A program made the position numbers and the translations under genes. From a bacterium (lineage in GTDB: Bacteria > Bacteroidota > Bacteroidia > Bacteroidales > UBA932): a stretch of DNA of 43,161 nucleotides. Of the stretch, positions 9,631 to 19,703 are shown in pieces. Each line of letters begins with the position of its first letter. The first letter of the stretch is position 1. The notes beneath the pieces are model-generated. The model ran no database searches. It was not told the DNA's origin and saw only the letters and a program-made list of their open reading frames with translations. The DNA is taken from contig CAVDEO010000005.1 in the NCBI GenBank assembly GCA_963607915.1, positions 1 through 43,161 of the forward strand, read 5' to 3'.

Positions 9631-10999
9631 TACAGAAGAATACGGATTTGAGGGAAAAGTGCTCTGTGAACCTGTCTCGGAGTATTCCAAAGCCATGCAC
9701 GGACATCTGAGGCAGCCGGGGCTGTTCGATGTCCCCGAAGTGGAGGCCGGTGAGGGCGACATCCGTGTGGTTGAGCTGTTCGCCGGAGTCGGAGGGTTCA
9801 GAATCGGTCTTGAACGGGCTTCCTCTCATTTCAAGACAATATGGAACAACCAATGGGAGCCGTCAACGAAACATCAGGATGCGAGCATAATCTACTGTCG
9901 GCAGTTCGGTGTCGAAGGACATTCAAATGAGGACATAGCAGCAGTTCCGACTGTCGAGATTCCGGACTGCGACCTTCTGTGCGGAGGATTCCCGTGTCAG
10001 GACTATTCTGTCGCCACCACATTGCAGCGTTCTGGAGGCATTGAGGGCAAGAAGGGGGTTCTCTGGTGGCAGATTTACCGCATATTGAAGGAAAAGGGCG
10101 AAAGAAGGCCGGACTATCTCATGCTCGAGAATGTAGACCGTCTCATCAATTCCCCTGCGAAGCAGCGCGGACGTGATTTCGCCATCATATTGTCTTCCCT
10201 CTCCAATCTGGGATATGCAGTTGAGTGGAGGGTGATAAATGCTGCGGAATACGGTATGCCGCAGCGACGTCGTCGCACCTACATCATCGCCTGTCGTGAC
10301 ACGACCGCTCTCTTCTCGCAGATTGACAATGAGACCGACAAGTTTTCGTGGATTCTGAAGGACGGGATTATGCCTCAGGCGTTCGCCTGCGAAGAAAAAT
10401 GTGCGAAGAACAGGATGAAATTTCCCATAGCCCGGAATATTGCTGATGTTTCGGACAATTTCAATAAGGGGAAAAAAGACAGCCCATTCAGAAATTCCGG
10501 GGTTATGTGCGGCGGATGGGTATATACGACTGACACGATTCCTATTTATCGTGGGCATTGCATAACTCTTGGAGAAATTCTTGTGAAGGACAGTGATGTT
10601 CCGGATGAATTCTACATCTCAGACAAAGATTTGCCGAAATGGGAATATCAGAAAGGGGCGAAGTCCCTCAAACGTATAGACAAGGCTTCCGGCTTCGAAT
10701 ATAATTACAATGAAGGGGCGATGGCTTTCCCTGATTTTCTGGACAGGGCGTCGCGCACAATCATAACCGGCGAAGGAGGTCAGGCACCGTCCCGATTCAA
10801 GCATGTGGTGCGTACCCCTGACGGCCGCTACCGCCGGCTTGTGCCCGTCGAACTTGAGCGTCTCAACATGTTTCCGGATAACCACACCGCCGGCTCAAGC
10901 GACCTGCGCCGCGCATTCCTGATGGGGAACGCCCTTGTTACGGGAATTGTCGAGAACATCGCCATTGTTCTTCGGCAAAGGGCATTCGGCAAGCACTAA
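9620..10999 (+). CDS. dcm: DNA (cytosine-5)-methyltransferase, M.Sau3AI-like
   Basis: ELFAGVGG (I), GGFPCQDYS (IV), LENV (VI), QRRRR (VIII), MGNAL (X); alternative TTG start at 9614. Confidence 0.93.
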   Translation: MRYSTEEYGFEGKVLCEPVSEYSKAMHGHLRQPGLFDVPEVEAGEGDIRVVELFAGVGGFRIGLERASSHFKTIWNNQWEPSTKHQDASIIYCRQFGVEGHSNEDIAAVPTVEIPDCDLLCGGFPCQDYSVATTLQRSGGIEGKKGVLWWQIYRILKEKGERRPDYLMLENVDRLINSPAKQRGRDFAIILSSLSNLGYAVEWRVINAAEYGMPQRRRRTYIIACRDTTALFSQIDNETDKFSWILKDGIMPQAFACEEKCAKNRMKFPIARNIADVSDNFNKGKKDSPFRNSGVMCGGWVYTTDTIPIYRGHCITLGEILVKDSDVPDEFYISDKDLPKWEYQKGAKSLKRIDKASGFEYNYNEGAMAFPDFLDRASRTIITGEGGQAPSRFKHVVRTPDGRYRRLVPVELERLNMFPDNHTAGSSDLRRAFLMGNALVTGIVENIAIVLRQRAFGKH

Positions 11000-11007
11000 G
11001 AAACTGT

Positions 11008-11739
11008 TTATTTGTGTTCGCATTTCATTGTGCTGACGGCGCCGTTCCAGATCAGCAGCTGTCCGAGGTAGTACGGCACCATAATCAGCCATCGTTCGGC
11101 AGAGACAGGACCGACAAACCTGTTCCATGAAAGAATCATGTCTGAAATCAGGAACAGCGCGGCTCCGACGGCGAAAAGCGACGGGCGCTGCAGGAGGGCG
11201 AGACCGAACATCGCGGCGATTAGGACGGCATAGATGCCGCATCCGATTTGCAGCGCGGTTTCGGAAACTTTCGGAATGACGAACGCGAAAGCGAACACCA
11301 ATGCCGCGGCGACAGCCAGCATCACAAGAATCCGCCAAGTTTTTGAACTCCGGAAATCATCCTCGGGACAGCCGGCGTTCACGCCTTGTTTATGCTTGGC
11401 TGTCCCGCAGCCCGGCGCTTTACACAACCTCTCCGCAAAGGCCCATATCAGCATGATATGCGCTGCGGCAAAATAGCCCATCTGACCAAAAAAACTCCCG
11501 TAGGCTCCCATGGCATCGCCCGTGCAGGAGAAAAGGAATGCCGCCACGAACTTCCATCCGATGCCGAGGTAAGCCCCCATAAGCGCAAGAGCGGCAACCG
11601 GATATGCAATCCGGAACTTCACGACACTCTCCGGCAGCACCTCTTCGAGTTTCGCGGCAGGCATAAAATACGCGGCTGTCAATGTGACGAAAATCAGACA
11701 GATGTAAAATATCCTTCGTTTTTCTCTTCCTGAGTTCAT
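11008..11739 (-). CDS. YhhN/lysoplasmalogenase family membrane protein
   Basis: FSCTGDA, FAAAHI, GAALFLISD, IMVPYYLGQLLI; multiple TM segments. Confidence 0.85.
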   Translation of the reverse strand: MNSGREKRRIFYICLIFVTLTAAYFMPAAKLEEVLPESVVKFRIAYPVAALALMGAYLGIGWKFVAAFLFSCTGDAMGAYGSFFGQMGYFAAAHIMLIWAFAERLCKAPGCGTAKHKQGVNAGCPEDDFRSSKTWRILVMLAVAAALVFAFAFVIPKVSETALQIGCGIYAVLIAAMFGLALLQRPSLFAVGAALFLISDMILSWNRFVGPVSAERWLIMVPYYLGQLLIWNGAVSTMKCEHK

Positions 11740-11791
11740 GTTCTAATAATCTGCCTTGTGCCGGCATTCGGCATCGGTGCTTGAGCGTCAA

Positions 11792-13081
11792 TTACTCCAC
11801 GCGGATTATGCAGTAGTTCTTCTTGCCTTTCTGGGCGAGGATGTACTTGCCGTCGAGGACTGACTCCATACCAATCTGCGCGTTGATGTCGCCGACTTTT
11901 TCCTTGTTGATGCTGACTCCGTTGCCCTGAATCATCTTGCGGCATTCGCCCTTCGACGGGAAGAACGAGGTTTCGACCGAGAGAAGGTCTATGATGTTGC
12001 ACGGAAGTTTGTCAGGAGAGACGGAGAAAGTCTGGACGCCCTCGAAGACCTGAAGAAAAGTTTTCTCGTCGAGAGCCTTCAGCTGGTCGGAAGTGGCGTT
12101 GCCGAAGAGGATTCCGGAAGCCGCGACCGCGTTTTCATATTCCTTCTCTCCGTGAACCATTGTCGTCACCTCCTTGGCGAGCAGCTTCTGGAGCGAGCGC
12201 GCGCCCGGATTTTCGGCGTGGGATGCGATTGCCGCGTCTATGGTCTCCTTGTCGAGCATCGTGAATATCTTTATGTACTTCGCCGCGTCCTCGTCGCTCA
12301 CGTTGAGCCAGAACTGGTAGAACTGGTACGGCGAGGTGCGTTCCGGGTCGAGCCAGATGTTGCCTTTCTCGGTCTTGCCGAACTTGCCGCCGTCGGCCTT
12401 GGTGATGAGCGGGCAGGTGAGCGCGTAGGCCTCCTTGCCGAGCATGCGGCGGATGAGCTCCGAGCCTGTGGTGATGTTGCCCCACTGGTCCGCGCCGCCC
12501 ATCTGGAGCGTGCAGCCCTTGTGCTCGTAGAGGTAGAGGAAGTCATAGCCCTGAAGCAGCTGGTAGGTGAACTCGGTGAACGACATTCCCTCGCGGGACT
12601 CGCTTGAGAGCCTCTTCTTCACGCTGTCCTTCGCCATCATATAGTTGACGGTGATGTGCTTTCCGATGTCGCGGGTGAAATCGAGGAAACTCCAGCCCTT
12701 CATCCAGTCATAATTGTTCACCAGTTCGGCGCAGTTCTCCGCGCCGGAGTCGAAATCGAGGAAACGGGAAAGCTGCTTTTTGATGCAGGCCACGTTGTGC
12801 GCAAGAGTCTCCTCGTCCAGAAGGTTGCGCTCCTGAGACTTCATAGACGGGTCGCCGATCATTCCCGTTGCGCCCCCCACAAGCGCGAAAGGCTTGTGCC
12901 CGCAGTTCTGGAAGTGCTTGAGAATCATTATGCTGACCATATGTCCGATGTGCAGTGAGTCTGCAGTCGGGTCAATCCCGACATACGCCGCCGTCGGCCC
13001 TTCCAGAAGTTTCTCCTCAGTTCCCGGCATAATGTCCTGAATCATGCCCCTCCATTTCAATTCCTCTACAAAATTCTTCAT
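11792..13081 (-). CDS. tyrS: Tyrosine--tRNA ligase
   Basis: [13 protein letters not shown] (HIGH), [16 protein letters not shown]-terminal S4 domain. Confidence 0.98.
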   Translation of the reverse strand: MKNFVEELKWRGMIQDIMPGTEEKLLEGPTAAYVGIDPTADSLHIGHMVSIMILKHFQNCGHKPFALVGGATGMIGDPSMKSQERNLLDEETLAHNVACIKKQLSRFLDFDSGAENCAELVNNYDWMKGWSFLDFTRDIGKHITVNYMMAKDSVKKRLSSESREGMSFTEFTYQLLQGYDFLYLYEHKGCTLQMGGADQWGNITTGSELIRRMLGKEAYALTCPLITKADGGKFGKTEKGNIWLDPERTSPYQFYQFWLNVSDEDAAKYIKIFTMLDKETIDAAIASHAENPGARSLQKLLAKEVTTMVHGEKEYENAVAASGILFGNATSDQLKALDEKTFLQVFEGVQTFSVSPDKLPCNIIDLLSVETSFFPSKGECRKMIQGNGVSINKEKVGDINAQIGMESVLDGKYILAQKGKKNYCIIRVE

Positions 13082-13244
13082 CACTTCAATTTCTCCGTTA
13101 TAAAATCCGTTATCGAATCATTCTGTGTTTATCCTTTCTATGATTTCCGTCCTTTCCGGACGCGAACCGCAAAGGTAATGAAATTTTAAGTAAATATTTG
13201 CTATTTGCGCGTTCTGTTCCTGCTCTCTTGTTTCCATGCCATTC

Positions 13245-14510
13245 TCACGGCTTTAGCAGATTGACGGGTGCCACAAACACTCCGTCTTCTCTCCTGTACG
13301 CACCTCCCACCGCTGTCAGCACCAGCAGGAATGATGGCATTTTTTCGTCACTCTTCTCCGCAATCTTGTTTTTCAGCGTTTTCAGCGATGACGCTCCTTC
13401 TTCCACCAGCTCTTCCCCGCCGAGCTTTATCTCAATGCCGCCCCAGCGTCCATCTTCCAGATGTACCACGGCATCGCATTCCAGCCCGGCATTGTCGCGA
13501 TAGTGCATCACGCTCCCGCCCAGACTGTCGGCATAGACCCTGAGATCCCTCACCGCGAAGTCTTCGAAAAACAGACCGAAACTGTTCAGGTCACGCTTCA
13601 GATCCTCCGGACTCACCCCCAGACTGCGGCAGGCTATCGAAGTATCCGTGAAATGCCTCGTAGGAGTGCTCCTGATGGATGTCTTCGACCGGATGTTCGG
13701 ATTCCATGCCTCCATATCCTCAATGATATACAAGTCTTTCAAAGCCTCCATATAGTCCTCATAGGTTTTCACATCCATCGTCCTCTCATTGCTCTGACGT
13801 ATGTCCGACAGAATCGTCTGTACCGCCGCCTCAGTGGAAATGTTTCGGGCATAGCTGCGCAATATCATCCTCAGAACTTCTGGCTTCTTGCTTCGGAAAC
13901 GCTCATTTTCGCTGTCCTCGAATACAAACAGGCCGTTATAGTAGTTCTTCGTGATTTCAAGGGCTATATCCCGGGGAGCCAGCACCGATATCGGCCAGCC
14001 GCCACGACACAGAAGGAAGGCCGCATCGTCCAGTGTAAAGTCCTTGTTCGAGTCCCACGGGAAATCCCTCCCGCCGTCAAACAGCCCCTTCAGAGACACC
14101 GTCCCCTTCGATTCGCGGGACTCCCACAGCGTCATCGGGCGCATCCGCAGAGGGGTGATTCTTCCCGCACCGCTGTGATGAACCTCCGTTTTGTCAGCAG
14201 GAGTCGAACTGCCGGTCAGGATATATTTCCCGAATTCATATTGAAAGTCAAGATCGTCTTTCACTTGATTCCAGATGTCCGGGGCTTTCTGCCACTCGTC
14301 AATCAGACGGGGTTTCTCGCCCTCGAGCACTGCCCTTGGGTTCATCCTCGCCATCATAATTGACTGTTTCGTATTCAGTTTCACGAAACTCTTCTGGTAG
14401 AGCATGCACGTCGTGGTCTTCCCGCAGAACTTCGGCCCTGCAATCAACACGGCTCCAGACGACTTCAATTTCAGGGCGATTTTCTCTTCTATGAGTCTAT
14501 GATAGTACAT
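13245..14510 (-). CDS. AAA_14 ATPase with C-terminal DUF4143 (PD-(D/E)XK-like) domain
   Basis: GPKFCGKTT, LIDEWQ, ILTGS, HSGAGR, GGWP, C-terminal FE...HYRD...ECD...IEIK. Confidence 0.88.
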   Translation of the reverse strand: MYYHRLIEEKIALKLKSSGAVLIAGPKFCGKTTTCMLYQKSFVKLNTKQSIMMARMNPRAVLEGEKPRLIDEWQKAPDIWNQVKDDLDFQYEFGKYILTGSSTPADKTEVHHSGAGRITPLRMRPMTLWESRESKGTVSLKGLFDGGRDFPWDSNKDFTLDDAAFLLCRGGWPISVLAPRDIALEITKNYYNGLFVFEDSENERFRSKKPEVLRMILRSYARNISTEAAVQTILSDIRQSNERTMDVKTYEDYMEALKDLYIIEDMEAWNPNIRSKTSIRSTPTRHFTDTSIACRSLGVSPEDLKRDLNSFGLFFEDFAVRDLRVYADSLGGSVMHYRDNAGLECDAVVHLEDGRWGGIEIKLGGEELVEEGASSLKTLKNKIAEKSDEKMPSFLLVLTAVGGAYRREDGVFVAPVNLLKP

Positions 14511-14542
14511 TTTACGAAGATTATATAATTTTATGTCCGGTG

Positions 14543-14550
14543 CAAAGGTA
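14543..14550 (-). promoter_or_regulatory. Bacteroidetes -7 promoter box (TACCTTTG) for the AAA-DUF4143 gene
   Basis: Matches TAnnTTTG, about 33 bp upstream of the ATG. Confidence 0.65.
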
Positions 14551-14552
14551 CG

Positions 14553-14618
14553 AAATTCCCAAGATTTTCAATGAAAAATTCCCAAGATTTTCAATGAAAA
14601 ATTCCCAAGATTTTCAAT
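14553..14618. repeat. 23-bp perfect tandem repeat x2.9 (AAATTCCCAAGATTTTCAATGAA)
   Basis: Unit starts at 14553, 14576, 14599. Confidence 0.95.
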
Positions 14619-14653
14619 CGACGATTCTTTTTCTTTTATTCAAAACAGATTCG

Positions 14654-14661
14654 TACCTTTG
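14654..14661 (+). promoter_or_regulatory. Bacteroidetes -7 promoter box (TACCTTTG) for tpiA
   Basis: Matches TAnnTTTG upstream of tpiA. Confidence 0.6.
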
Positions 14662-14786
14662 CAAGGTTTTGGATACGGCGGTTTTTCCGCCGGAGTGCGG
14701 GAGTTGCGGGCATATGTCCGAATCCCGGAAGAATGAGTTAGAGAAGACGATAATTTTAAAGATATAACGATTAAATATTCATTGAA

Positions 14787-15539
14787 ATGAGAAAACACAT
14801 TGTTGCAGGAAACTGGAAAATGAACACCACGGTTCCTGAGGGCGTAGAACTCGCAAAGGCTGTTGTCGCAAAGTCAGCTGAGGTTCCTTCAGATGTCAAA
14901 CTTATCATCGCGCCTCCGTTCGTGCACCTCGCACCGGTTGCTGAGGTCGTGAAGGGAACTGCCGTCGGGCTTTCGGCACAGAACTGCGCCGACAAGGAGA
15001 AGGGTGCCTACACAGGCGAGGTCGCCGTGAATATGCTCGCTTCAGTGGGCTGCGGATACACCATTCTCGGACACTCCGAGCGCCGTCAGTATTATGGAGA
15101 GACAGATGCGAAACTCGTCGAGAAAGTCCATCTGGCACTTGCAGCAGGGCTTTCGCCGATTTTCTGCATCGGGGAGAACCTCGAGCAGCGCGAGGCCGGA
15201 AAGCATTTCGAGGTTGTCACCGAGCAGGTGAAGAATGTGCTCTACACCCTCACTCCGGAAGAGATGGCGAAGGTCATCGTGGCTTACGAGCCTGTCTGGG
15301 CAATCGGAACGGGCAAGACCGCCACTGCGGAGCAGGCTGAGGAGATACATTGCTGCGTGCGCAAGGTGCTTGCTGAGAAGTTCGGCGCGCTTGCGGAGGA
15401 AATCACCATCCTTTACGGCGGAAGCTGCAAGCCTTCAAATGCGAAGGAGCTTTTCGCGCAGCCTGACATCGACGGCGGACTCATCGGAGGGGCGGCGTTG
15501 AAGGCGGAGGACTTTATTGCCATCGCCCAGTCCTTCTGA
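14787..15539 (+). CDS. tpiA: Triosephosphate isomerase
   Basis: [41 protein letters not shown]. Confidence 0.98.
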   Translation: MRKHIVAGNWKMNTTVPEGVELAKAVVAKSAEVPSDVKLIIAPPFVHLAPVAEVVKGTAVGLSAQNCADKEKGAYTGEVAVNMLASVGCGYTILGHSERRQYYGETDAKLVEKVHLALAAGLSPIFCIGENLEQREAGKHFEVVTEQVKNVLYTLTPEEMAKVIVAYEPVWAIGTGKTATAEQAEEIHCCVRKVLAEKFGALAEEITILYGGSCKPSNAKELFAQPDIDGGLIGGAALKAEDFIAIAQSF

Positions 15540-15804
15540 TGTGATGGGCGCATAAAAGCGGATTGCATTGTGCTCAGCTTTTTAATCCTCACAACCCCAA
15601 AAGCCGTATAAAAGGGTGATTTCTGCGTTACGCTCATCGGAAAAATCCTCACAACCGCAAGGTTGCTCCGGTTTTTCCGCCTCGCAAGCCTTGAAATCCC
15701 ACCTTTTATACGAACTTTTCGATAAGCGGGAGCAGTCCAGATGAATTTGGGACTGCCGAGCGCAGAAAAGTGGCGATTGAAAATCGAAACTTTTCGCATC
15801 ACAT
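15539..15804. repeat. Structured intergenic segment with direct and inverted repeats
   Basis: AATCCTCACAACC at 15584 and 15644; imperfect IR 15605-15623 and 15693-15712; ATGTGATG...CATCACAT at the ends. Confidence 0.45.
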
Positions 15805-15816
15805 AAATGATGGAAA

Positions 15817-17853
15817 ATGAAAAATGATATAAAGAATATGAATAGAGCCGCTGACAACATCCGTGTGTTGGCGGCTTCTATGGTTGAAAAGGCGAAGTCC
15901 GGACATCCGGGCGGTGCAATGGGCGGTGCCGACTTCATCAACACGCTCTTTTCCGAGTATCTGGTCTATGACCCGGAAAACCCGTTCTGGGAGGGTCGTG
16001 ACCGTTTCTTCCTCGACCCGGGGCATATGAGCACGATGCTCTACTCCGTCCTCGCCTTCACCGGCAAGTTCACCACGGACGAGCTCTCGCAGTTCCGCCA
16101 GTGGGGAAGTCCGACTCCGGGACATCCGGAGCGCTGCGTTGAAAGGGGGATTGAGAACACCTCCGGACCGCTCGGCCAGGGACATACCTTCGCAGTCGGC
16201 GCGGCGATAGCGGCGAAGTTCCTCGGGGCGCGTCTCGGCAAGGTGATGGGGCAGCGGATTTACGCCTACATCTCCGACGGAGGCATCCAGGAGGAAATCT
16301 CGCAGGGCTCCGGCCGCATAGCGGGAACTCTCGGGCTGGACAACCTCATAATGTTCTACGACTCCAACCGCATCCAGCTCTCCACGGAGACAGCCGTGGT
16401 CGACAACGAGGATGTCGCGGCGAAGTATCGTGCGTGGAACTGGAACGTAATTGAAATCGACGGGAACGATGTCGAGCAGATCCGCGGGGCCCTCGACGAG
16501 GCTCTGGCAACGGTCGGGAAGCCGACCCTCATCATCGGAAACACGGTGATGGGCAAGGGCGCTCTCCGCGCCGACGGCTCAAGCTACGAGAATTGCTGCG
16601 CCACCCACGGCGCACCTCTCGGAGGCGACGCTTATCTCAACACCGTCAAGGCTCTCGGGGGAGACCCTGAGAATCCTTTCGTGATTTTCTCTGAAACCAA
16701 GGCGATTTATGCAGCACGGCGTGAGGAGCTCAAGGGAATAGTCGCAGCACGCAAGGCCGAAGAGGCTCAATGGGCGGCGGCCAATCCGGAACTCGCCGCA
16801 AAAAAGGCGAGGTGGTTCTCCGGTGAGGTTCCTGACATAGACTGGAGGGCGATTCAGCAGAAGAGGGACGATTCCACCCGAGGCGCGTCCGCTGCGGTTC
16901 TCGGGACACTCGCAGTCGAGGTGGAGAATATGATTGTCGCTTCGGCCGACCTTTCCAACTCCGACAAGACGGACGGCTTCCTCAAGAAAACCCACGCGTT
17001 CAAGGCGGGGGATTTCTCCGGCGCGTTCCTTCAGGCGGGAGTTTCAGAGCTTACGATGGCCTGCTGCTGCATAGGAATGGCTCTCCACGGGGGAGTGATT
17101 CCTGCCTGCGCGACATTCTTCGTGTTCTCGGACTATATGAAGCCGGCCGTCAGGATGGCGGCTCTGATGGAAGTTCCGGTGAAGTTCATCTGGTCGCACG
17201 ACGCATTCCGTGTCGGCGAGGACGGGCCTACTCACGAACCTGTCGAGCAGGAGGCTCAGATCCGGCTGATGGAAAAACTCAAGAACCATCACGGGGAGAA
17301 CTCCATGCTCGTGCTCCGTCCGGCCGACTCGGAGGAGACGACCCAGGCGTGGAAACTCGTGATGGAGAACACAAAGACTCCTTCCGCGCTCATCCTGTCA
17401 AGGCAGAACATAAAGAGCCTTCCGGAAGAAAATGACTATCAGCAGGTTGCCAAAGGCGCATACATCGTGGCCGGTTCTGACAAGCTCCACGACTACGGTC
17501 TCGGCCGGAACGAGGTGGTTCTTGTGGCTTCGGGTTCTGAGGTGGCGACGCTTATTGCCGGCGCGGAACTTCTGCGCGGTAAAGGCATCCGCTGCCGCAT
17601 CGTCTCAGCTCCGTCCGAGGGCCTGTTCCGCAGTCAGAGCGTTGAGTATCAGGAGGAAGTGATTCCGCCGGGAGCGAATGTCTTCGGACTCACCGCAGGC
17701 TTGCCCTTGACCCTTCAGGGACTCGTCGGCTCGAACGGCACCGTCTATGGGCTTGAAAGCTTCGGCTTCTCCGCCCCGTACAAGGTGCTTGACGAGAAAC
17801 TCGGCTTCACTGCCGAAAATGTCTTCACCCAGGTGACGGACCTGCTGTTCTGA
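15817..17853 (+). CDS. tkt: Transketolase
   Basis: SGHPGG, TPGHPE, SGPLGQG, SDGG ThDP motif, GEDGPTHEPVE. Confidence 0.97.
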   Translation: MKNDIKNMNRAADNIRVLAASMVEKAKSGHPGGAMGGADFINTLFSEYLVYDPENPFWEGRDRFFLDPGHMSTMLYSVLAFTGKFTTDELSQFRQWGSPTPGHPERCVERGIENTSGPLGQGHTFAVGAAIAAKFLGARLGKVMGQRIYAYISDGGIQEEISQGSGRIAGTLGLDNLIMFYDSNRIQLSTETAVVDNEDVAAKYRAWNWNVIEIDGNDVEQIRGALDEALATVGKPTLIIGNTVMGKGALRADGSSYENCCATHGAPLGGDAYLNTVKALGGDPENPFVIFSETKAIYAARREELKGIVAARKAEEAQWAAANPELAAKKARWFSGEVPDIDWRAIQQKRDDSTRGASAAVLGTLAVEVENMIVASADLSNSDKTDGFLKKTHAFKAGDFSGAFLQAGVSELTMACCCIGMALHGGVIPACATFFVFSDYMKPAVRMAALMEVPVKFIWSHDAFRVGEDGPTHEPVEQEAQIRLMEKLKNHHGENSMLVLRPADSEETTQAWKLVMENTKTPSALILSRQNIKSLPEENDYQQVAKGAYIVAGSDKLHDYGLGRNEVVLVASGSEVATLIAGAELLRGKGIRCRIVSAPSEGLFRSQSVEYQEEVIPPGANVFGLTAGLPLTLQGLVGSNGTVYGLESFGFSAPYKVLDEKLGFTAENVFTQVTDLLF

Positions 17854-17925
17854 AATGTAATCCCTGCAGTCCGCGAAAGCGTGAGGGTGAGCCAAAAGTT
17901 TAATACTTGCGAAGTGTGACTTGAT

Positions 17926-18474
17926 ATGCCAGGAGGCGACGAAACTGCTTTGATTATCCGGCTTTCCCGTGGAGACGAGAGGGCGTTCGGACAACTGTAC
18001 GACCAGTACGGCGGAGTCGCCTATTGCTTTGTCCTCTCCTTTGTCAAAGACGGCCATACCGCCAAGGACATCGTACACGACGCCTTTGTGAAAATCTGGC
18101 TGCGGAGGGAAAGCCTTGCCAGAGTCGCCTCCTTCAGCGCCTATCTTTTCCGTATGCTCAGGAATGCCGTCACCGACCATTTCGAGGCTCAGATTGTCAA
18201 CCGCCGCTACATCGCGGAAACGCTGACATCGTCGGATGACTTTTCCGACATTACCAGCGCGGAGATAAGTTTTGACGAACTTCAGATGATAATCTTCGAT
18301 GCCGTGAGCAATATGCCGCCGCGCCGCCGCGAGGTGTTCAGGCTCAGCCGCTACCAGAATGTGGACAACCGCGAGATTGCCTCACGGCTCGGCATCGACC
18401 TGCGCACGGTCGAGAACCACCTCAGTGCCGCTCTCTCGGAGATACGGACCAAAATCGCCGAATCGTACGCATAA
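17926..18474 (+). CDS. ECF RNA polymerase sigma-70 factor (Bacteroides type)
   Basis: GDERAF.QLY, DIVHDAFVKIW, MPPRRREVFRLSR, EIASRLGI..RTVENHL. Confidence 0.93.
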   Translation: MPGGDETALIIRLSRGDERAFGQLYDQYGGVAYCFVLSFVKDGHTAKDIVHDAFVKIWLRRESLARVASFSAYLFRMLRNAVTDHFEAQIVNRRYIAETLTSSDDFSDITSAEISFDELQMIIFDAVSNMPPRRREVFRLSRYQNVDNREIASRLGIDLRTVENHLSAALSEIRTKIAESYA

Positions 18475-18603
18475 CGGGCTGTCACGAGGTGACAGGTGGT
18501 TGAGAAATAAAGCGCAGCGATGACGCAGAGGACGATGGGAGGGGCCGGAGCGAACGAAGTGAGCGGAGCCCTCTCAGAGACAAACTACAGCCGCTGCGGA
18601 GCT

Positions 18604-18641
18604 AAAAAAGGGGATGACTGAAAATTTTCAGTCATCCCCTT
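18604..18641. terminator. 34-bp perfect palindrome, probable intrinsic terminator
   Basis: AAGGGGATGACTGAAAA|TTTTCAGTCATCCCCTT (18608-18641), A6 run at 18604-18609. Confidence 0.7.
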
Positions 18642-18692
18642 GTGCGTCAGGGCGGGGTTGGGAGTCTATATGCCGTGTGAGAGTTTAACATT

Positions 18693-19667
18693 ATGAAATA
18701 CCTTCGCATCAGAGAGCTGATAGACTCGTTTGCAGAGAACTATGTGCCCGGACAGGTCCGTTCGGCCTTTGCGTCGTGGTTTCTCGACAGGAAGGACGCG
18801 GCGGAAAAGGAACGGGCTATGGAGGATATCTGGGACGAGATGTCTCTTGGGCGGGATCGCTACGATGCGTCGGATCTGCTGCCGGATGCCGCTGAAGTGC
18901 TCCGTGACGCGAAGGCTGCCGAGAGACCGTCGGAGTTCTCTCAGCTGCGCCGTTGGAAACGCCTCTCCGCCGTGCTGGGCGCTGCGGCCTGCCTGGGACT
19001 CGTACTGAGCACCGCACTCCTGCTGACCGGACGCTCCTCCACGACCACCATACTCTCCACCTCCGACTCAAAGGCACATTTCGCCCTCCCGGACGGCTCG
19101 TCCGTCTGGCTGAACAGGCACAGCACGCTGAGTTACTCCGACAATCTGCGGGGCAAAGTCCGCCGTCTCGACCTCGACGGGGAGGCTTTCTTCGATGTGG
19201 AGAAAGACCCGGAACATCCGTTTGTGGTGAGCACGCGCAATGTCGCGGTCGAAGTGCTGGGAACGAGGTTCACGCTTTCAGCCTACGACTCACGTCCCGA
19301 GAGCGTCTATCTTGAAAGCGGGAAAGTGAGCCTCAGTTCGAAAAGCTTCCCGCAGACGGCTCTGCTACCCGGCGAGGCGTTCACCTTCGACCCCGTTTCC
19401 GGAACTGTCAGCCACCGTAAGGAAAAGGCGGTCAACCACCTGTCCTGGACCGGCGACCGTCTGGAGTTCGCCAACGCCGAACTCGGCGACATAATGACGA
19501 GCCTCGAACACTGGTACAACGTGAAGATAAATATGGACGAGGACGCGGCCTCCGTGCGGCTGACCCTCACCGTGAGAGGGGAGCCGCTTGCGGAGATACT
19601 CAATGCAATTTCGAGGATTTCCGGTCACGGCTACACCATCAACGGGAACGAAATAAGCATACACTGA
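18693..19667 (+). CDS. FecR-family anti-sigma factor
   Basis: Single TM segment, LPDGSSVWLN, LDGEAFFDV, VLGTRF, LEHWYNV. Confidence 0.92.
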   Translation: MKYLRIRELIDSFAENYVPGQVRSAFASWFLDRKDAAEKERAMEDIWDEMSLGRDRYDASDLLPDAAEVLRDAKAAERPSEFSQLRRWKRLSAVLGAAACLGLVLSTALLLTGRSSTTTILSTSDSKAHFALPDGSSVWLNRHSTLSYSDNLRGKVRRLDLDGEAFFDVEKDPEHPFVVSTRNVAVEVLGTRFTLSAYDSRPESVYLESGKVSLSSKSFPQTALLPGEAFTFDPVSGTVSHRKEKAVNHLSWTGDRLEFANAELGDIMTSLEHWYNVKINMDEDAASVRLTLTVRGEPLAEILNAISRISGHGYTINGNEISIH

Positions 19668-19703
19668 AACACAAACATATAACCACAAATTAACCACCAC
19701 ATT

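Noticed and set aside
14553..14618. CRISPR array or plasmid iterons
   Set aside because: Head-to-tail repeats without spacers; no cas or rep gene; chromosomal context
14541..14663. Invertible promoter bounded by 14-bp inverted repeats (TGCAAAGGTACGAA / TTCGTACCTTTGCA)
   Set aside because: The repeats are the two divergent consensus -7 boxes; no recombinase nearby
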